Shown here: one piece after another, positions 10,129-20,300 of the stretch
Layout of the letters: each line of letters starts with the position of its first letter
How positions within the stretch are numbered: the stretch's first letter is position 1
Assembly: GCA_965208325.1 (NCBI GenBank)
Contig: OZ242326.1
Span: 3,072,001-3,136,000, forward strand
DNA from: Candidatus Poribacteria bacterium
Lineage (GTDB): Bacteria > Poribacteria > WGA-4E > PCPOR2b
Direction of reading: 5' to 3'
DNA: 64,000 bases
The notes under the pieces: generated by a model
The model's input: only the letters and a program-made list of their open reading frames with translations
Databases searched by the model: none
Told to the model about the DNA's origin: nothing
Position numbers and translations under genes: made by a program

Positions 10129-10461
10129 ATGTCTGTTGCGCTACGTATTCACAATCGCCGGTTAAAACTTAAGATGACGCAGACCCAGCTCGCGCAGAAA
10201 GCGAATCTGACACCTGCGGCAATATCCCAGTTTGAATCCGGCACACGTAAGCCGTCATTCGATACACTTTCAAGTTTAGCCGATGCCCTGAAAGTTACTA
10301 CCGACTATCTACTCGGCAAAAAGGAACAAGGCTACGACGACCTTTTAGCCGATCCGAAAGTCAGCATCATGTTTCGCGGCATCATGGAATTCCCCGAGAA
10401 AGACAAAGAGACGATGTTTGAATTTTATGAATTTCTCAAAGCTAAAAATGAAAGTGAGTGA
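10129..10461 (+). CDS. XRE-family HTH transcriptional regulator
   Basis: MTQTQLAQKANLTPAAISQFESGTRKPS...LADALKVTTDYLLG. Confidence 0.93.
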   Translation: MSVALRIHNRRLKLKMTQTQLAQKANLTPAAISQFESGTRKPSFDTLSSLADALKVTTDYLLGKKEQGYDDLLADPKVSIMFRGIMEFPEKDKETMFEFYEFLKAKNESE

Positions 10462-11318
10462 AGCAAAGTATTTGCGGACTGAAGATGGCTGGACGAAATT
10501 CCCTTAACTGGTCTAACGTTGCACACGGGCTGTCATACAATTCTCGTCATCCCGCTGAATGTGCGCGTCGCTTGCTGCAAGAGTTAAACATTCATGCCCT
10601 ACCGATTCAGCCCCAAAATATTGCCAAAAAACTTGAGATTGTCATCTGGGAACGCGACATGGAAAGCCAATATGACGGCTGCCTAATGCGGGTCGGAGAT
10701 ACCTGGGGCATACTCATCAACAGCCAGATTCAGTCTCAATCCAGAAAAAGGTTCACTATCGCTCACGAATTGGGGCACTATCACCTGGATCGGGAGGCAA
10801 CCGGAGATCGGCGCTGCCGCGGAGGCGAACTAGGCTTCTTTAACGCACGCGGCCCGGAAGAGCAGCGCGCTAACCAGTTTGCCGTTGAGTTATTGATGCC
10901 ATCCCCGTTTTTTCAGGAGGACGCCGAGAATCTGCCGAACGTCGGCCTAGCCGCAATTGACGCACTCTCCGCCCGTTACGCCACTTCCCTTACCAGCACG
11001 GCAATTCGCTACACCCGATTGAGCCCGCATAATTGCGCTATCGTGTTCTCCGAAAATCGACAAATTAAATATTTCGCCTATTCAGATGACTTTCGCCGAA
11101 ATAGCGACTGTTACCTTGTTAAAAACAAGCCGCTTCACCCGGAGGCGTTGGCATCTTCCCTCGCTGATACCTCGCTTAATGAAACTAGGGACAAACGGGG
11201 GAAGGTGCCCCTGTCATGCTGGTGTCCCGCAAAATCAGACCGGCTAATTATCGAGCATTCTCGCTTCCTGCCCCGCATTAACAAGGTGGTCTCTTTCCTT
11301 TGGATTCCGCAGGATTGA
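10458..11318 (+). CDS. ImmA/IrrE family metallopeptidase
   Basis: RKRFTIAHELGH and ExxANQFAVELLMP; overlaps the XRE stop (GTGA). Confidence 0.92.
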   Translation: MKQSICGLKMAGRNSLNWSNVAHGLSYNSRHPAECARRLLQELNIHALPIQPQNIAKKLEIVIWERDMESQYDGCLMRVGDTWGILINSQIQSQSRKRFTIAHELGHYHLDREATGDRRCRGGELGFFNARGPEEQRANQFAVELLMPSPFFQEDAENLPNVGLAAIDALSARYATSLTSTAIRYTRLSPHNCAIVFSENRQIKYFAYSDDFRRNSDCYLVKNKPLHPEALASSLADTSLNETRDKRGKVPLSCWCPAKSDRLIIEHSRFLPRINKVVSFLWIPQD

Positions 11319-11330
11319 GCACATCGTTTT

Positions 11331-11355
11331 GTAGGAGAGGCTTCCCAGCCTCGAT
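11331..11355 (+). repeat. REP-like palindrome, family A
   Basis: GTAGGAGAGGCTTCCCAGCCTCGAT, 2 mismatches to 2712-2736. Confidence 0.8.
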
Positions 11356-11410
11356 TTACAATCAGACAATCGCCCCATTGTGTAAATATGAACCGATAAC
11401 GCGTATAACT

Positions 11411-12250
11411 TTAGCCGCACTGAGCAATCGCTAGTTTCAACGTGTTTTCTAGCAATATCGCACGAGTCATCGGACCAACCCCGCCCGGCACCGGCGTAAT
11501 GTACCCCGCCGTCTCCTTGACACTCTCGTAATGCACATCCCCGACTAGCCGACCCTCAAGCCGATTGATTCCCACATCAATCACGATTGCACCCGCTTTA
11601 ACCATATCTGCCTTAATCATTTCGGGTTTGCCCGCCGCGACAATCAATATATCCGCGCTTCGCGTCTGTTCCGCCAGATGCCGCGTACGCGAATGGCAGT
11701 ATGTAACCGTCGCATTGCGGTTGAGTAAAATCAACCCAATTGGTTTCCCGACAAGGCTGCTGCGCCCCACGCAAACCGCATGTTTACCTTCGATTTCCTC
11801 GCCTGTTGATTCGATGAGCCGAACAATCCCCGCCGGCGTGCACGGCAGTACGCACTCGCGGTTTATCATCAAATTTCCCAAGTTCGCTGCGCCCAGCCCG
11901 TCTGTATCTTTTTCCGGTGCGATCGCGTCAATTACCGCCTGCCCATCAATCTGGTCGGGGACTGGCATTTGTGCCAGAATCGCGTGTATCTCCTTGCGCC
12001 CGTTCAACGTCTGTATTTGGTCAATTACCTCGTCTTGAGTCGCCCTTTCGCTCATACGGTAAACTTCCGAATGAAAACGAACGCGCTCGCAGTCCTTCTG
12101 TTTGTAATCTACATAAATCGTTGAAGCCGGATCGTCACCGACCTGCACCACTGCAATCCCGGGCGTAAACTTCAGCTTTTTCACTTGCCGCCGCGTCTCG
12201 ATTCGAATTGATTTTGCGAGGCGGTTCCCGTCAATTATCTCTGCTGGCAT
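11411..12250 (-). CDS. folD: Bifunctional methylenetetrahydrofolate dehydrogenase/cyclohydrolase
   Basis: PCTPAG, GRSSLVGKP, VIDVGINR, ITPVPGGVGPMT. Confidence 0.97.
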   Translation of the reverse strand: MPAEIIDGNRLAKSIRIETRRQVKKLKFTPGIAVVQVGDDPASTIYVDYKQKDCERVRFHSEVYRMSERATQDEVIDQIQTLNGRKEIHAILAQMPVPDQIDGQAVIDAIAPEKDTDGLGAANLGNLMINRECVLPCTPAGIVRLIESTGEEIEGKHAVCVGRSSLVGKPIGLILLNRNATVTYCHSRTRHLAEQTRSADILIVAAGKPEMIKADMVKAGAIVIDVGINRLEGRLVGDVHYESVKETAGYITPVPGGVGPMTRAILLENTLKLAIAQCG

Positions 12251-12411
12251 TTATTGATGTCTCTCTCCTCACTCAACTGTACAACATAGGTCAAATCCCA
12301 AAATCACGAATGTCTGAATTCATACGAAAACACCTACAATTATAGCATACGCAACATCCTTCCATCCATACATACTCATGTTTCGGCAAATGACGTTTTA
12401 ACCCCTCCCCC

Positions 12412-12477
12412 GTAGGAGCGATCTCCGAATCGCGACCCTTATTTGAAACGGAGTTTTTTCTTCAAAACTCGGTTTCT
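12412..12477 (+). repeat. REP family B copy (12412-12436) next to a 37-bp palindromic element (12441-12477)
   Basis: The 37-mer ATTTGAAACGGAGTTTTTTCTTCAAAACTCGGTTTCT recurs inverted at 15171-15207 with 2 mismatches. Confidence 0.8.
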
Positions 12478-12935
12478 TAAAGGCACTCCGTACGCGCAAT
12501 GTCCCAATTCCATTGCTGTGACCTCGGAAAAACTCGCACAGCGAAACCCTACGATCAAATGAGCGAATAGCATAGGCGATAGTCTTCTCCCAAATACCAA
12601 ATCCGCCCCGACCCAAACACACCGCAACATATTCCATAACATCAACTGACCGATTCACTGCAGCATACTGTGAATGTCCTAAATCTCCCTTATATTTACT
12701 GCTAATAAATTAGCATGTTTATCCGCTCGAACGACGTACAGATCTTTTTTTCTTGGTTACCTTTTGGTTACCCCACGATTTCAATGAACCCGCACCACAA
12801 GCGGGCCGGTGCATTTCAAAGAAAGGTAACCACTAACCTCAGCCCAACCGGAAATCCGCCATTTTCCCATTGCTCTACGCAACCTCCAACTTCTCATGTA
12901 AACAATGCGCCAGAATCCCACCCAAATTTTACATC

Positions 12936-12964
12936 TTGACATATCAACCATATTCTGGAATAAT
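12936..12964 (+). promoter_or_regulatory. Putative sigma70 promoter for the glycosyltransferase
   Basis: TTGACA-17 bp-AATAAT upstream of GGAG-CATG; supports the start at 12999. Confidence 0.55.
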
Positions 12965-12998
12965 CAAAACAGCCATTTCCGCCAGAAAGCACTGGAGC

Positions 12999-14213
12999 AT
13001 GAATATTCTTTTTCTATCTATCACGGTTCCCTTCCCGCCCAACGATGGCGGACGCATCCGCATATTGAACTTGCTCAAACAGATTGCCTCAAAAAACCGG
13101 ATTTCCCTGCTAGCGCTGGAAACTGCACCGACGGATAGTGAAGGAATTGCCTACCTCCGCGATTTGGGGATTGACGCCCACCTGGTGCAGCGAGCCCCGA
13201 ATTTGCCGCCGCTGCGCCCGAACACGGTTTTACGCGCCCTTTTAAACAGGCAGCCCATTACCGTGGCCCGCTACTATTTCCCGGCATTCAAACAGAAATT
13301 GCATGCGCTGTTGACGCAAAACACCTTTGATTTGATTGACCACGAATACCTGCATACGGCGCCATATCGCGTAAAGGCGAATCTGCCCACGTTACTCACC
13401 GCACATAATGTGGATTCCCACATTTGGCACCGCCTATGTCAACAGACTAATAATCCCGCACGAAAATTCCTATTCTGGACACAGAAATACCTCTTTGAAC
13501 GCTACGAACGCCGAACACTGCCTAAATTCGATGCGATTGCATGCACCTCAGAAACCGATCGCGCTGTACTCCAGAGTATCGCTCCCAATGCCGCCATTGA
13601 AGTGATTCCCAATGGGGTAGACTTGGAATTGTACCAACCAAACCACACGTGTGAGGACGAAGCCGCCCTGGTCTTCACCGGTAGTATGGATTGGTATCCA
13701 AACGAGGACGCCGTAATCTATTTCGCGGATGAGATTTTTCCAATGATTAAAGCAAGGCGGGCAGATGCAAAATTTTACATCGTTGGGCAGCATCCCACGA
13801 ATCGAGTGCAAAAACTAGGGGAGCGTCCGGGGATTATCGTTACCGGGCGAGTCGAAGATACCAAGCCGTACATCGCGCGCGCAACGGTTTACGTCGTACC
13901 CCTGCGGATTGGCAGCGGCACGCGGCTGAAAATCCTTGAAGCGCTCGCCATGGAAAAAGCCGTTGTTTCAACAACGGTTGGGGAGGAGGGTTTAAATCTA
14001 ACGGGCGGTGAAGAAATTATCATCGCTGATGAACCGGTGCGCTTTGCCGATGCCGTCGTTCAACTCATTCGAGATAAACAGATGCGCCGGCAGCTCGGGG
14101 AAAACGGCTGGAAGCGCGTCGAGGCTGATTACGACTGGCGGCGCATCGGTGAGAAATTGCATCGGCTTTACGAATCAACAGTAAAGCAGTGGCCAGCGGT
14201 CAGTGACCAGTAA
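12999..14213 (+). CDS. GT4 family glycosyltransferase
   Basis: MNILFLS..PFPPNDGG, FTGSMDWYPN, GSGTRLKILEALAM..AVVST. Confidence 0.9.
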   Translation: MNILFLSITVPFPPNDGGRIRILNLLKQIASKNRISLLALETAPTDSEGIAYLRDLGIDAHLVQRAPNLPPLRPNTVLRALLNRQPITVARYYFPAFKQKLHALLTQNTFDLIDHEYLHTAPYRVKANLPTLLTAHNVDSHIWHRLCQQTNNPARKFLFWTQKYLFERYERRTLPKFDAIACTSETDRAVLQSIAPNAAIEVIPNGVDLELYQPNHTCEDEAALVFTGSMDWYPNEDAVIYFADEIFPMIKARRADAKFYIVGQHPTNRVQKLGERPGIIVTGRVEDTKPYIARATVYVVPLRIGSGTRLKILEALAMEKAVVSTTVGEEGLNLTGGEEIIIADEPVRFADAVVQLIRDKQMRRQLGENGWKRVEADYDWRRIGEKLHRLYESTVKQWPAVSDQ

Positions 14214-14316
14214 AAAACAGTGGATAGTTGCCAGTGGACAGTGGCTAGTAAAGAACAAGGCTTTTTCTGGATACTGGTCACTGGCTACTGGACACTGGAC
14301 ACCGGTCACTAGCTAT
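14187..14316. repeat. Inverted arrays of tandem heptamers (CAGTGRC-like then CTGGHYA-like)
   Basis: cagtggc cagcggt cagtgac ... cagtgga cagtggc, then ctggata ctggtca ctggcta ctggaca ctggaca ccggtca ctagcta; lies between convergent genes. Confidence 0.85.
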
Positions 14317-15214
14317 ACCAATTATGGATGACGTAAACCGGATCAGAACCTTTGTCGAGCTGAATCACAGCGCTGTCTGCATCCGGTATGAACTCGTTTC
14401 GCAGCGTACTCGGGACATCCGCGTCCAAGTCCGGATCGACTCGCAACGCTGCTAAATCCCAACGTAGATTCTCGCTGCTTGCTACAATCACATGGGGATG
14501 CGCTGCAACCAGTGAGATCCGCTGCAACCCCTCGTTTTTTCGTTCTAATGTCAAATCCGACACTACAAAATGAATCGTTTGGAAAACGTCCCGCATTTCA
14601 GCACGGTAAGCATTCCGAGAAACGGAAAGAGGCTCGCTGCTCCGATCGGCCTGATTCATCAGTGATAGCGGCTGGGTTGAATTAATGGCTTTTACCAGTT
14701 TTTTTGAAAAGACGCCAAAACCGAAGCGCATGAGTTTCAGATTCCCAAGGAAATGGTCGGTTTCATAGCCATTCGACTTAGGCAACCCGCCGTAGATGAT
14801 AATCTGGGCGCAGTTGAATTCCTCTATTGCATAGGCTGCCGCTAATTGTCCATCTGTATAGTCCTTGTCAACCCTGCCAACCCACTCGTGGATAATTCGC
14901 ATGCCGCCTGCTCGGAAACGTTCGATACCGCTCATGGCCTGGACATCATCCAATGAATCGAGATCGCCGATTAGAACCGTCGGGGCAAATTGAGTGCCAA
15001 AGGTCTGATTAACGTTACAAAAACACCGCAACCCTGCATCAGCGCAGATTAATGGGCATCTGTTCTCCAATCCCCATTCAATCTCCTGTCTGTAGAATTC
15101 AGGATGCTCTGAGTCGTAATTGCCGTTAAGGAAGATTAATGCAGGTTTGATAGGGATTTGGCTCCGTTGCAGAAACCAAGTTTTGAAGAAAAAACTCGGT
15201 TTCAAATTACACAT
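14309..15214 (-). CDS. thiN: Thiamine pyrophosphokinase-like protein (start uncertain)
   Basis: ICADAG, IGDLDSL, DKDYTDG, DHFLGNL; contains insertions relative to typical ThiN. Confidence 0.75.
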   Translation of the reverse strand: MCNLKPSFFFKTWFLQRSQIPIKPALIFLNGNYDSEHPEFYRQEIEWGLENRCPLICADAGLRCFCNVNQTFGTQFAPTVLIGDLDSLDDVQAMSGIERFRAGGMRIIHEWVGRVDKDYTDGQLAAAYAIEEFNCAQIIIYGGLPKSNGYETDHFLGNLKLMRFGFGVFSKKLVKAINSTQPLSLMNQADRSSEPLSVSRNAYRAEMRDVFQTIHFVVSDLTLERKNEGLQRISLVAAHPHVIVASSENLRWDLAALRVDPDLDADVPSTLRNEFIPDADSAVIQLDKGSDPVYVIHNWYS

Positions 15215-15311
15215 CTTACATTGAATAAAGAGATTTATGCGGATTAGGTATTAGCCGATTTGAGCTTGTGTTTCAGAAGAATTGAAAGGCGAGTATAGTA
15301 TATCATAAAAC

Positions 15312-15376
15312 CAGTTGCTAGTTGCCAGTGGTCAGTAAAAAAACTGGTCACTAGCCGCAGGCAGCGGGGCACTGCT
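15312..15376. repeat. Heptamer inverted repeat array, same family as 14187-14316
   Basis: cagttgc tagttgc cagtggt cagtaaa ... ctggtca ctagccg. Confidence 0.7.
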
Positions 15377-15426
15377 TTTAGAGCAACTCCCTCTCGGGGT
15401 CGCCCAGACATTGAAAGGAAAAACGA

Positions 15427-16563
15427 TTGTTAACTTGGGGCCGCAATTTTCGGTTGTTGGCATGCGCCGTATTTGGTACCGGCGTGTTTTTCGGAATCCA
15501 GACGGCGCTCTTTTACAACTTCATTGTGGATCGAATCGGTATCGATTCCGTTGAATTGGGCTATATGGAATCGCTGCGGGAAGTGCCCGGCTTCCTCAAC
15601 GCGTTCTTTACCGCTATCACCATCTATTTTGCGCCGCCCATTCTCAGTGGATTTGCCCTCATCGTCATGGGATTTGGGTTGGCGGCATACTCGCAGGCGA
15701 ATGTATTTTTGGAGGTGCTCATCTACTCGTTTGTATGGAGCATCGGCTTTCACGCCTGGCTGCCCCTGCGCGGCGCAATGACGCTAGCCTACTCCGAGGG
15801 AGACGAGAAGGGAAAATGGCTGGGTCAATTGAGAAGCGTGGAGAGTTTTGCTACTTTAGGGGCAATCCTGCTGTGCCTGCTCGCTGTGAACGCCTTAGAG
15901 TTTGAAGGGCTGTTTCAAATTGGCGGCGGGGTAGTTGCAGTCGGCGGAGTAATTCTGATGTTCGCTTCGCGCCAGTTACAAGCTGAACGCGAGCCGCGGC
16001 TTGTGCTTCGAAAACGCTATTGGCTCTATTATCTATTATCCTTCCTTCAAGGCTGCCGCAGGCAAATTTTCATTACTTTTGCGATATTCGCGCTTGTCAA
16101 GGTGTATGGCACCGATAGAAATCTGATTATTAAACTCGTCCTGATTAATCAGGTCGTAGTGCTGGTTGTGGCTCCAATTGCAGGTCAACTTATCGACAAA
16201 CTCGGCGAACGCAAGATGTTGAGCGCCAGTTATATCGGCTTATTTTTCGTGTTCATTGGTTATGCGGTGCTGCATAATGCAAACCATTTGTATATCCTCT
16301 ACTGTATCGATAATTTCTTGTTTATTGGAGGAATCGCGCTAACCACCTACCTGAACAAAATCGCGCCGAAAAGCGATCTCAAGCCAACGCTCGCGATGGG
16401 CGTAACCATGAACCATGTCGCTGCAGTGGCGGTACCGCTAATCGGCGGACTAGCATGGAAACAATTTGGCTATCAAGTTATCTTCATTAGCGGCGCAGTT
16501 TTCGTATTAATCTCGTTGATAGTCACGCAGTGGATTAAAACGGGACGAAGCAGTGCCAGTTGA
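15427..16563 (+). CDS. Major facilitator superfamily transporter
   Basis: About 12 hydrophobic segments; GQLIDKLGER motif. Confidence 0.9.
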   Translation: MLTWGRNFRLLACAVFGTGVFFGIQTALFYNFIVDRIGIDSVELGYMESLREVPGFLNAFFTAITIYFAPPILSGFALIVMGFGLAAYSQANVFLEVLIYSFVWSIGFHAWLPLRGAMTLAYSEGDEKGKWLGQLRSVESFATLGAILLCLLAVNALEFEGLFQIGGGVVAVGGVILMFASRQLQAEREPRLVLRKRYWLYYLLSFLQGCRRQIFITFAIFALVKVYGTDRNLIIKLVLINQVVVLVVAPIAGQLIDKLGERKMLSASYIGLFFVFIGYAVLHNANHLYILYCIDNFLFIGGIALTTYLNKIAPKSDLKPTLAMGVTMNHVAAVAVPLIGGLAWKQFGYQVIFISGAVFVLISLIVTQWIKTGRSSAS

Positions 16564-16634
16564 AAGGCAGTGACCAGTGGCCAGTGTCCTGTTTTTTACT
16601 GGCAACTGACCACTGGCTACTGGCACTGTTTTTT
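16551..16634. terminator. Heptamer-based long hairpin between convergent genes; probable terminator
   Basis: cagtgccagt...cagtgaccagtggccagt is complementary to actggcaactgaccactggctactggcactg, followed by a T6 tract. Confidence 0.65.
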
Positions 16635-17185
16635 CAGTCAAGGATTTTTACATTCCCTAATTTATCAGTAACGGCGACCGCCCCGCCGTCTTCACTAATA
16701 CCAATCGCCACCCCCGATTTCTCATCCCTACCCAAGACACCGACAAAACCACCGTTTGACCCGTAATCGAGCGACGCCACCGGTTTCCCGTCTTTGTTCC
16801 GGACCTCGACAATCCCGCCGTGCTCACCGATACCAAGCCACGCCATCGATTCCCCGTCCTTACCTTTAGCAGTCACACGCCCGCTGTCTTCATCGGATTG
16901 GAGAATCACCCGGAATTCCCCGTCCTTGCCCAAGACTCCGACACGCCCGCCGTGTTCATCACCAATGACACTCACCTTTGCGTCGGTTTCCAGCACGCTT
17001 GCGTATGTACTTGTAGTGAGAATCACCCTCACCTTGCCTGACGCATCAACGACTCTCAAACTTGCGCACTCAATATCCCCGAATTTATCGCGTTGCGCTG
17101 TCACTGACGACACCACCAACGCCGTGATGATACTGCCTACAATACCGCCAATGATACCGGTGATAACCTGATGTTTCGTGTGCAT
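16634..17185 (-). CDS. Hypothetical membrane-anchored protein with ~22-aa beta-type repeats
   Basis: AAGGAG SD before ATG at 17185; N-terminal hydrophobic helix; five units of (E/S)xGGxVxVxxKDG. Confidence 0.75.
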   Translation of the reverse strand: MHTKHQVITGIIGGIVGSIITALVVSSVTAQRDKFGDIECASLRVVDASGKVRVILTTSTYASVLETDAKVSVIGDEHGGRVGVLGKDGEFRVILQSDEDSGRVTAKGKDGESMAWLGIGEHGGIVEVRNKDGKPVASLDYGSNGGFVGVLGRDEKSGVAIGISEDGGAVAVTDKLGNVKILD

Positions 17186-17244
17186 TGTAATCTCCTTTTG
17201 GGTTGGGTTAGCTACGAAAATCAACTTCAGACACTACACCTATC

Positions 17245-17366
17245 GTAGGCGGGGCATCTTGCCCCGCATTCATGTCGCCTGCCCATTGGAATTTCTACTT
17301 TTGAGTCGGGTTAGCTACAAAAATCATCTTAGGTAGTCAATATCGAGGCTAGGAAGCCTCTCCCAC
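17245..17366. repeat. Two REP-like elements
   Basis: GTAGGCGGGGCATCTTGCCCCGC (17245-17267) and an inverted family A copy (17342-17366). Confidence 0.75.
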
Positions 17367-17389
17367 AAGCCAAATTCGGTCGGTTGATC

Positions 17390-20300
17390 TCACTGAAATT
17401 CGCCGCGCACCGTCACGGAACTCGCAATTGATAAGAAATCCCGCCCCTCCTCGACATGGTCGTTGTTATAGCTGAGGCCGAGGTTCAAATTCGCAGTCAG
17501 GCGGGTGCTTAGGTTGTACCGCGTTCGTAACGTCGTCTCGTATCGTTCCGATCTCTCCTCCCGATTCTTGCCATAGTTCTCCCGGCGGATAACCGTAGAC
17601 AACGTATTCGTGAGATCCAAATCGTGCTTGAGAGGGATTCGCCCGAGAATCGGTATTGGAAGACCTCCCTCTAAACGCAGCTTGTAATCAATGCTGAGAT
17701 TCGGCGTGATTATCAACGCCGAACTGTCAATTCCGCCGCCGCGTACCTGGTCTCGCATTGTCATGCGCACACCGAGCGCGCCCCTCGTTGAAGCACCCAG
17801 CGACTGGCTCCAACTGACGGACGGTTCTTGTGAGACACTCTCGTTAATAGTTGTATTGATGTTACTCTGATCCCGCTGCGTATGCCGGTATCTTAGCTGA
17901 AAGCTGGAGTTGGCATTAAACAGCTTGAGATTTCCTTCGTAGCTTACGGTTAGGTTGTCAGACGAAGTGCTTAGCGATTTCGTAAAACCCTTGCTCCGGG
18001 AGACGTTTGTGCCGAGCGACACCCATGACCATGGATCGACCGAAGTGCGAAATCCATACCGGTTTCGCTGCCGAGATTGGCTGCGCTCCGGTGTGTCGGC
18101 TGGTAGTTCCAGAATATCTCGAATTGAGGTTCCCGGTGCCAGTCGCTGAAGGGAGTCTTGCGTATCAAAACTAACATCAGCGTTTAACGCAAGACTCTCC
18201 ATGCTTCGACGAAGTAGACCGAATTGGCCATCACCCTGTTTGCCCTGCCTCTCCTTCAGCTTGCGCTCTAGTTCAGCTTTGTCTCGGGAAATCCAATCTC
18301 CCCTTTGGCTCTCTGCCTCTTCGAGCATGTCCATATCAACGTCCATACGCTCCAGCCGATCCAGCTCGCGTTGCCGTTTCTCTTCGAGTTGTATTTCTTC
18401 TTCAAAGCTGTCGAGTGTCTCTTGGCTTTTGTCCTTCAAATCTATCGCCTTCTCTGTTTGTTTAGAACCATGGAAGTCTATCGCACTCCCTATTCGTTCG
18501 CTTGATCCCTCCCTATTCGGTCTGTCGATCCCGTCCCCAATCGTATCAGTATTCGGCTCTCGGAACAGCCATCCAAACCATACTCTTGGGCGCATGCTAA
18601 GCCCAAAGCGTATATTCGCGTTGATTCGGGCGTTCTTCTGGTCGCGAAACCAGTCTTCACGGAAACTGATGCGGTTGCTGATTGTTGGACGAACGCCAAA
18701 AAAATCGCGGTTCAAACGCGGGTTCAAAGACAGCCGATGTTCACGGCCGCCGATGGTAAACTCCGATTTGGTTTCGGTTGACTCAGGTTCATCCGTAACG
18801 GTTAGGTCGGTTGTTACCGGCGTTGTTTGGAACGGTGTTCCAAAACTAGCCGAACCGAATCCACTTGAGCGATTCAGATTATCGTCGCGCCTTTCGAGCG
18901 TACGGCTAACCTCGTATGTCGGATTCAGGCTAAAACTTGCAACCGGACTGATATTGATTGAAATCGAACCGCTGTCAACTTTCTCGTCTCGGTTACGCCC
19001 ATAACCATAACCAAAAGATGAAAAACTGCTGCCGCCAGACTCTGTTGCCGTTAATGGATCGACCTCAACATCTTCGTGTCGGTACTGCACATCAAGCCCA
19101 AAGATTTGGCCAAGTCCGTATCGGAATGTGGATGTGTAGAGATTGCTAACCTCAGTCCCCTGGCGTTCGTTCCAGAAATTCTGTCGATTGTATGCAAAAC
19201 CTAAGGCAGGCACGAATCGGTGCGGACTAAAGCGCGCAGACAGATCACGGTTATGCGTTCTGCTTTTCCCGCTTTGAAAGGTGCTAAATGATCCGCGGCG
19301 GCTCTCCGTCTCAGATTCCTGTTCGCGGATGGAGTAGGTAATTGGCAGCCAGCGGAAAAGATGAAGATCGGCATCAACATTGTAATCGTTGCTGGTGGTG
19401 CTAAACCCTAGATCCTGCCGGCGTTGACGCCCTGTTTGTCCGGATGAACTTTCAAAATCCTTGTCCTGTCTTGCAAATCCGCCGCGGACACTGAGAAAAG
19501 GGCCAAGTTCTATAGACATGTTGGCGCGCCGCGCCCAGCCCGACCGTACAAGCGGATCACTCAAGTGGATTTCGTTTACCCAAACTTCCCCGCCAACCTC
19601 ATATTCCGTGTCGTTGCGAATGCCGACCAAAATTCCGCCAATGCTCTTAATTGAGAGTTGCGTACTGTTTGTACCACGGACGGCAAACCCATCCGGATGG
19701 CCGTCGGTTTCGTTTGTATCGACCGGCTCATTCATCTCCCCCTCAATGGTGTCAAGTGATTCTTCCTCCTGTGCCGCAGGTAGGTTTAAATCTGGGTACT
19801 CATTCCGTTTCACATCCTCCAGATCGATTTCTATCAGCTCCCATCCCTCAAAATCAATCACGCGCGTATATTCATAAAAGTCGTTAAGATTCTCAAAGAT
19901 ATTCACCCCTTCCTCCGGTTCCCGACTCGGTTCATCAAAGGACCCCGATGAATAAAAGGACGATCGGTAATTGGTGCGAATGCTCGGCGCCAGCCGCATC
20001 ACAAACGTGGAGTAACTCTTGTCGCCGTAAATCCACAGCTTGAGTTTATCATGTTTTGAGAAATCTTGGCCCTCGCCCTGCCGAAGACCCCGCAACTTTT
20101 GCGAAGTAACCCCGAAAGAACCCGGTAGTAAATTGTAGGTTAAAGTCAGCGTTTGTTCGCGCTGTTCCTGTTGGAATCCAAAAACACTGCTCGAAACAAA
20201 CGGATGGAGTTTCTTAAATGCCTTGTTGTCTTTAATCTGGTCGTAGGCATCTTGATAATCATCAAAGTTATAGTTGTCTTTCGTGGCAACAGTAAACACT

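Noticed and set aside
10050..11355. Prophage or ICE around the XRE/ImmA pair
   Set aside because: No integrase, att-like repeats, phage or conjugation genes seen.
12398..12658. Short minus-strand ORFs upstream of folD
   Set aside because: They run through repeat elements and have no convincing family signature; a decayed gene fragment cannot be excluded.
12870..12998. Extended N-terminus of the glycosyltransferase in the ORF track
   Set aside because: Overlaps a promoter-like sequence; family similarity begins at ATG 12999.
14187..16634. Repeat arrays as CRISPR
   Set aside because: Units are 7-bp tandem repeats without unique spacers; no cas genes.
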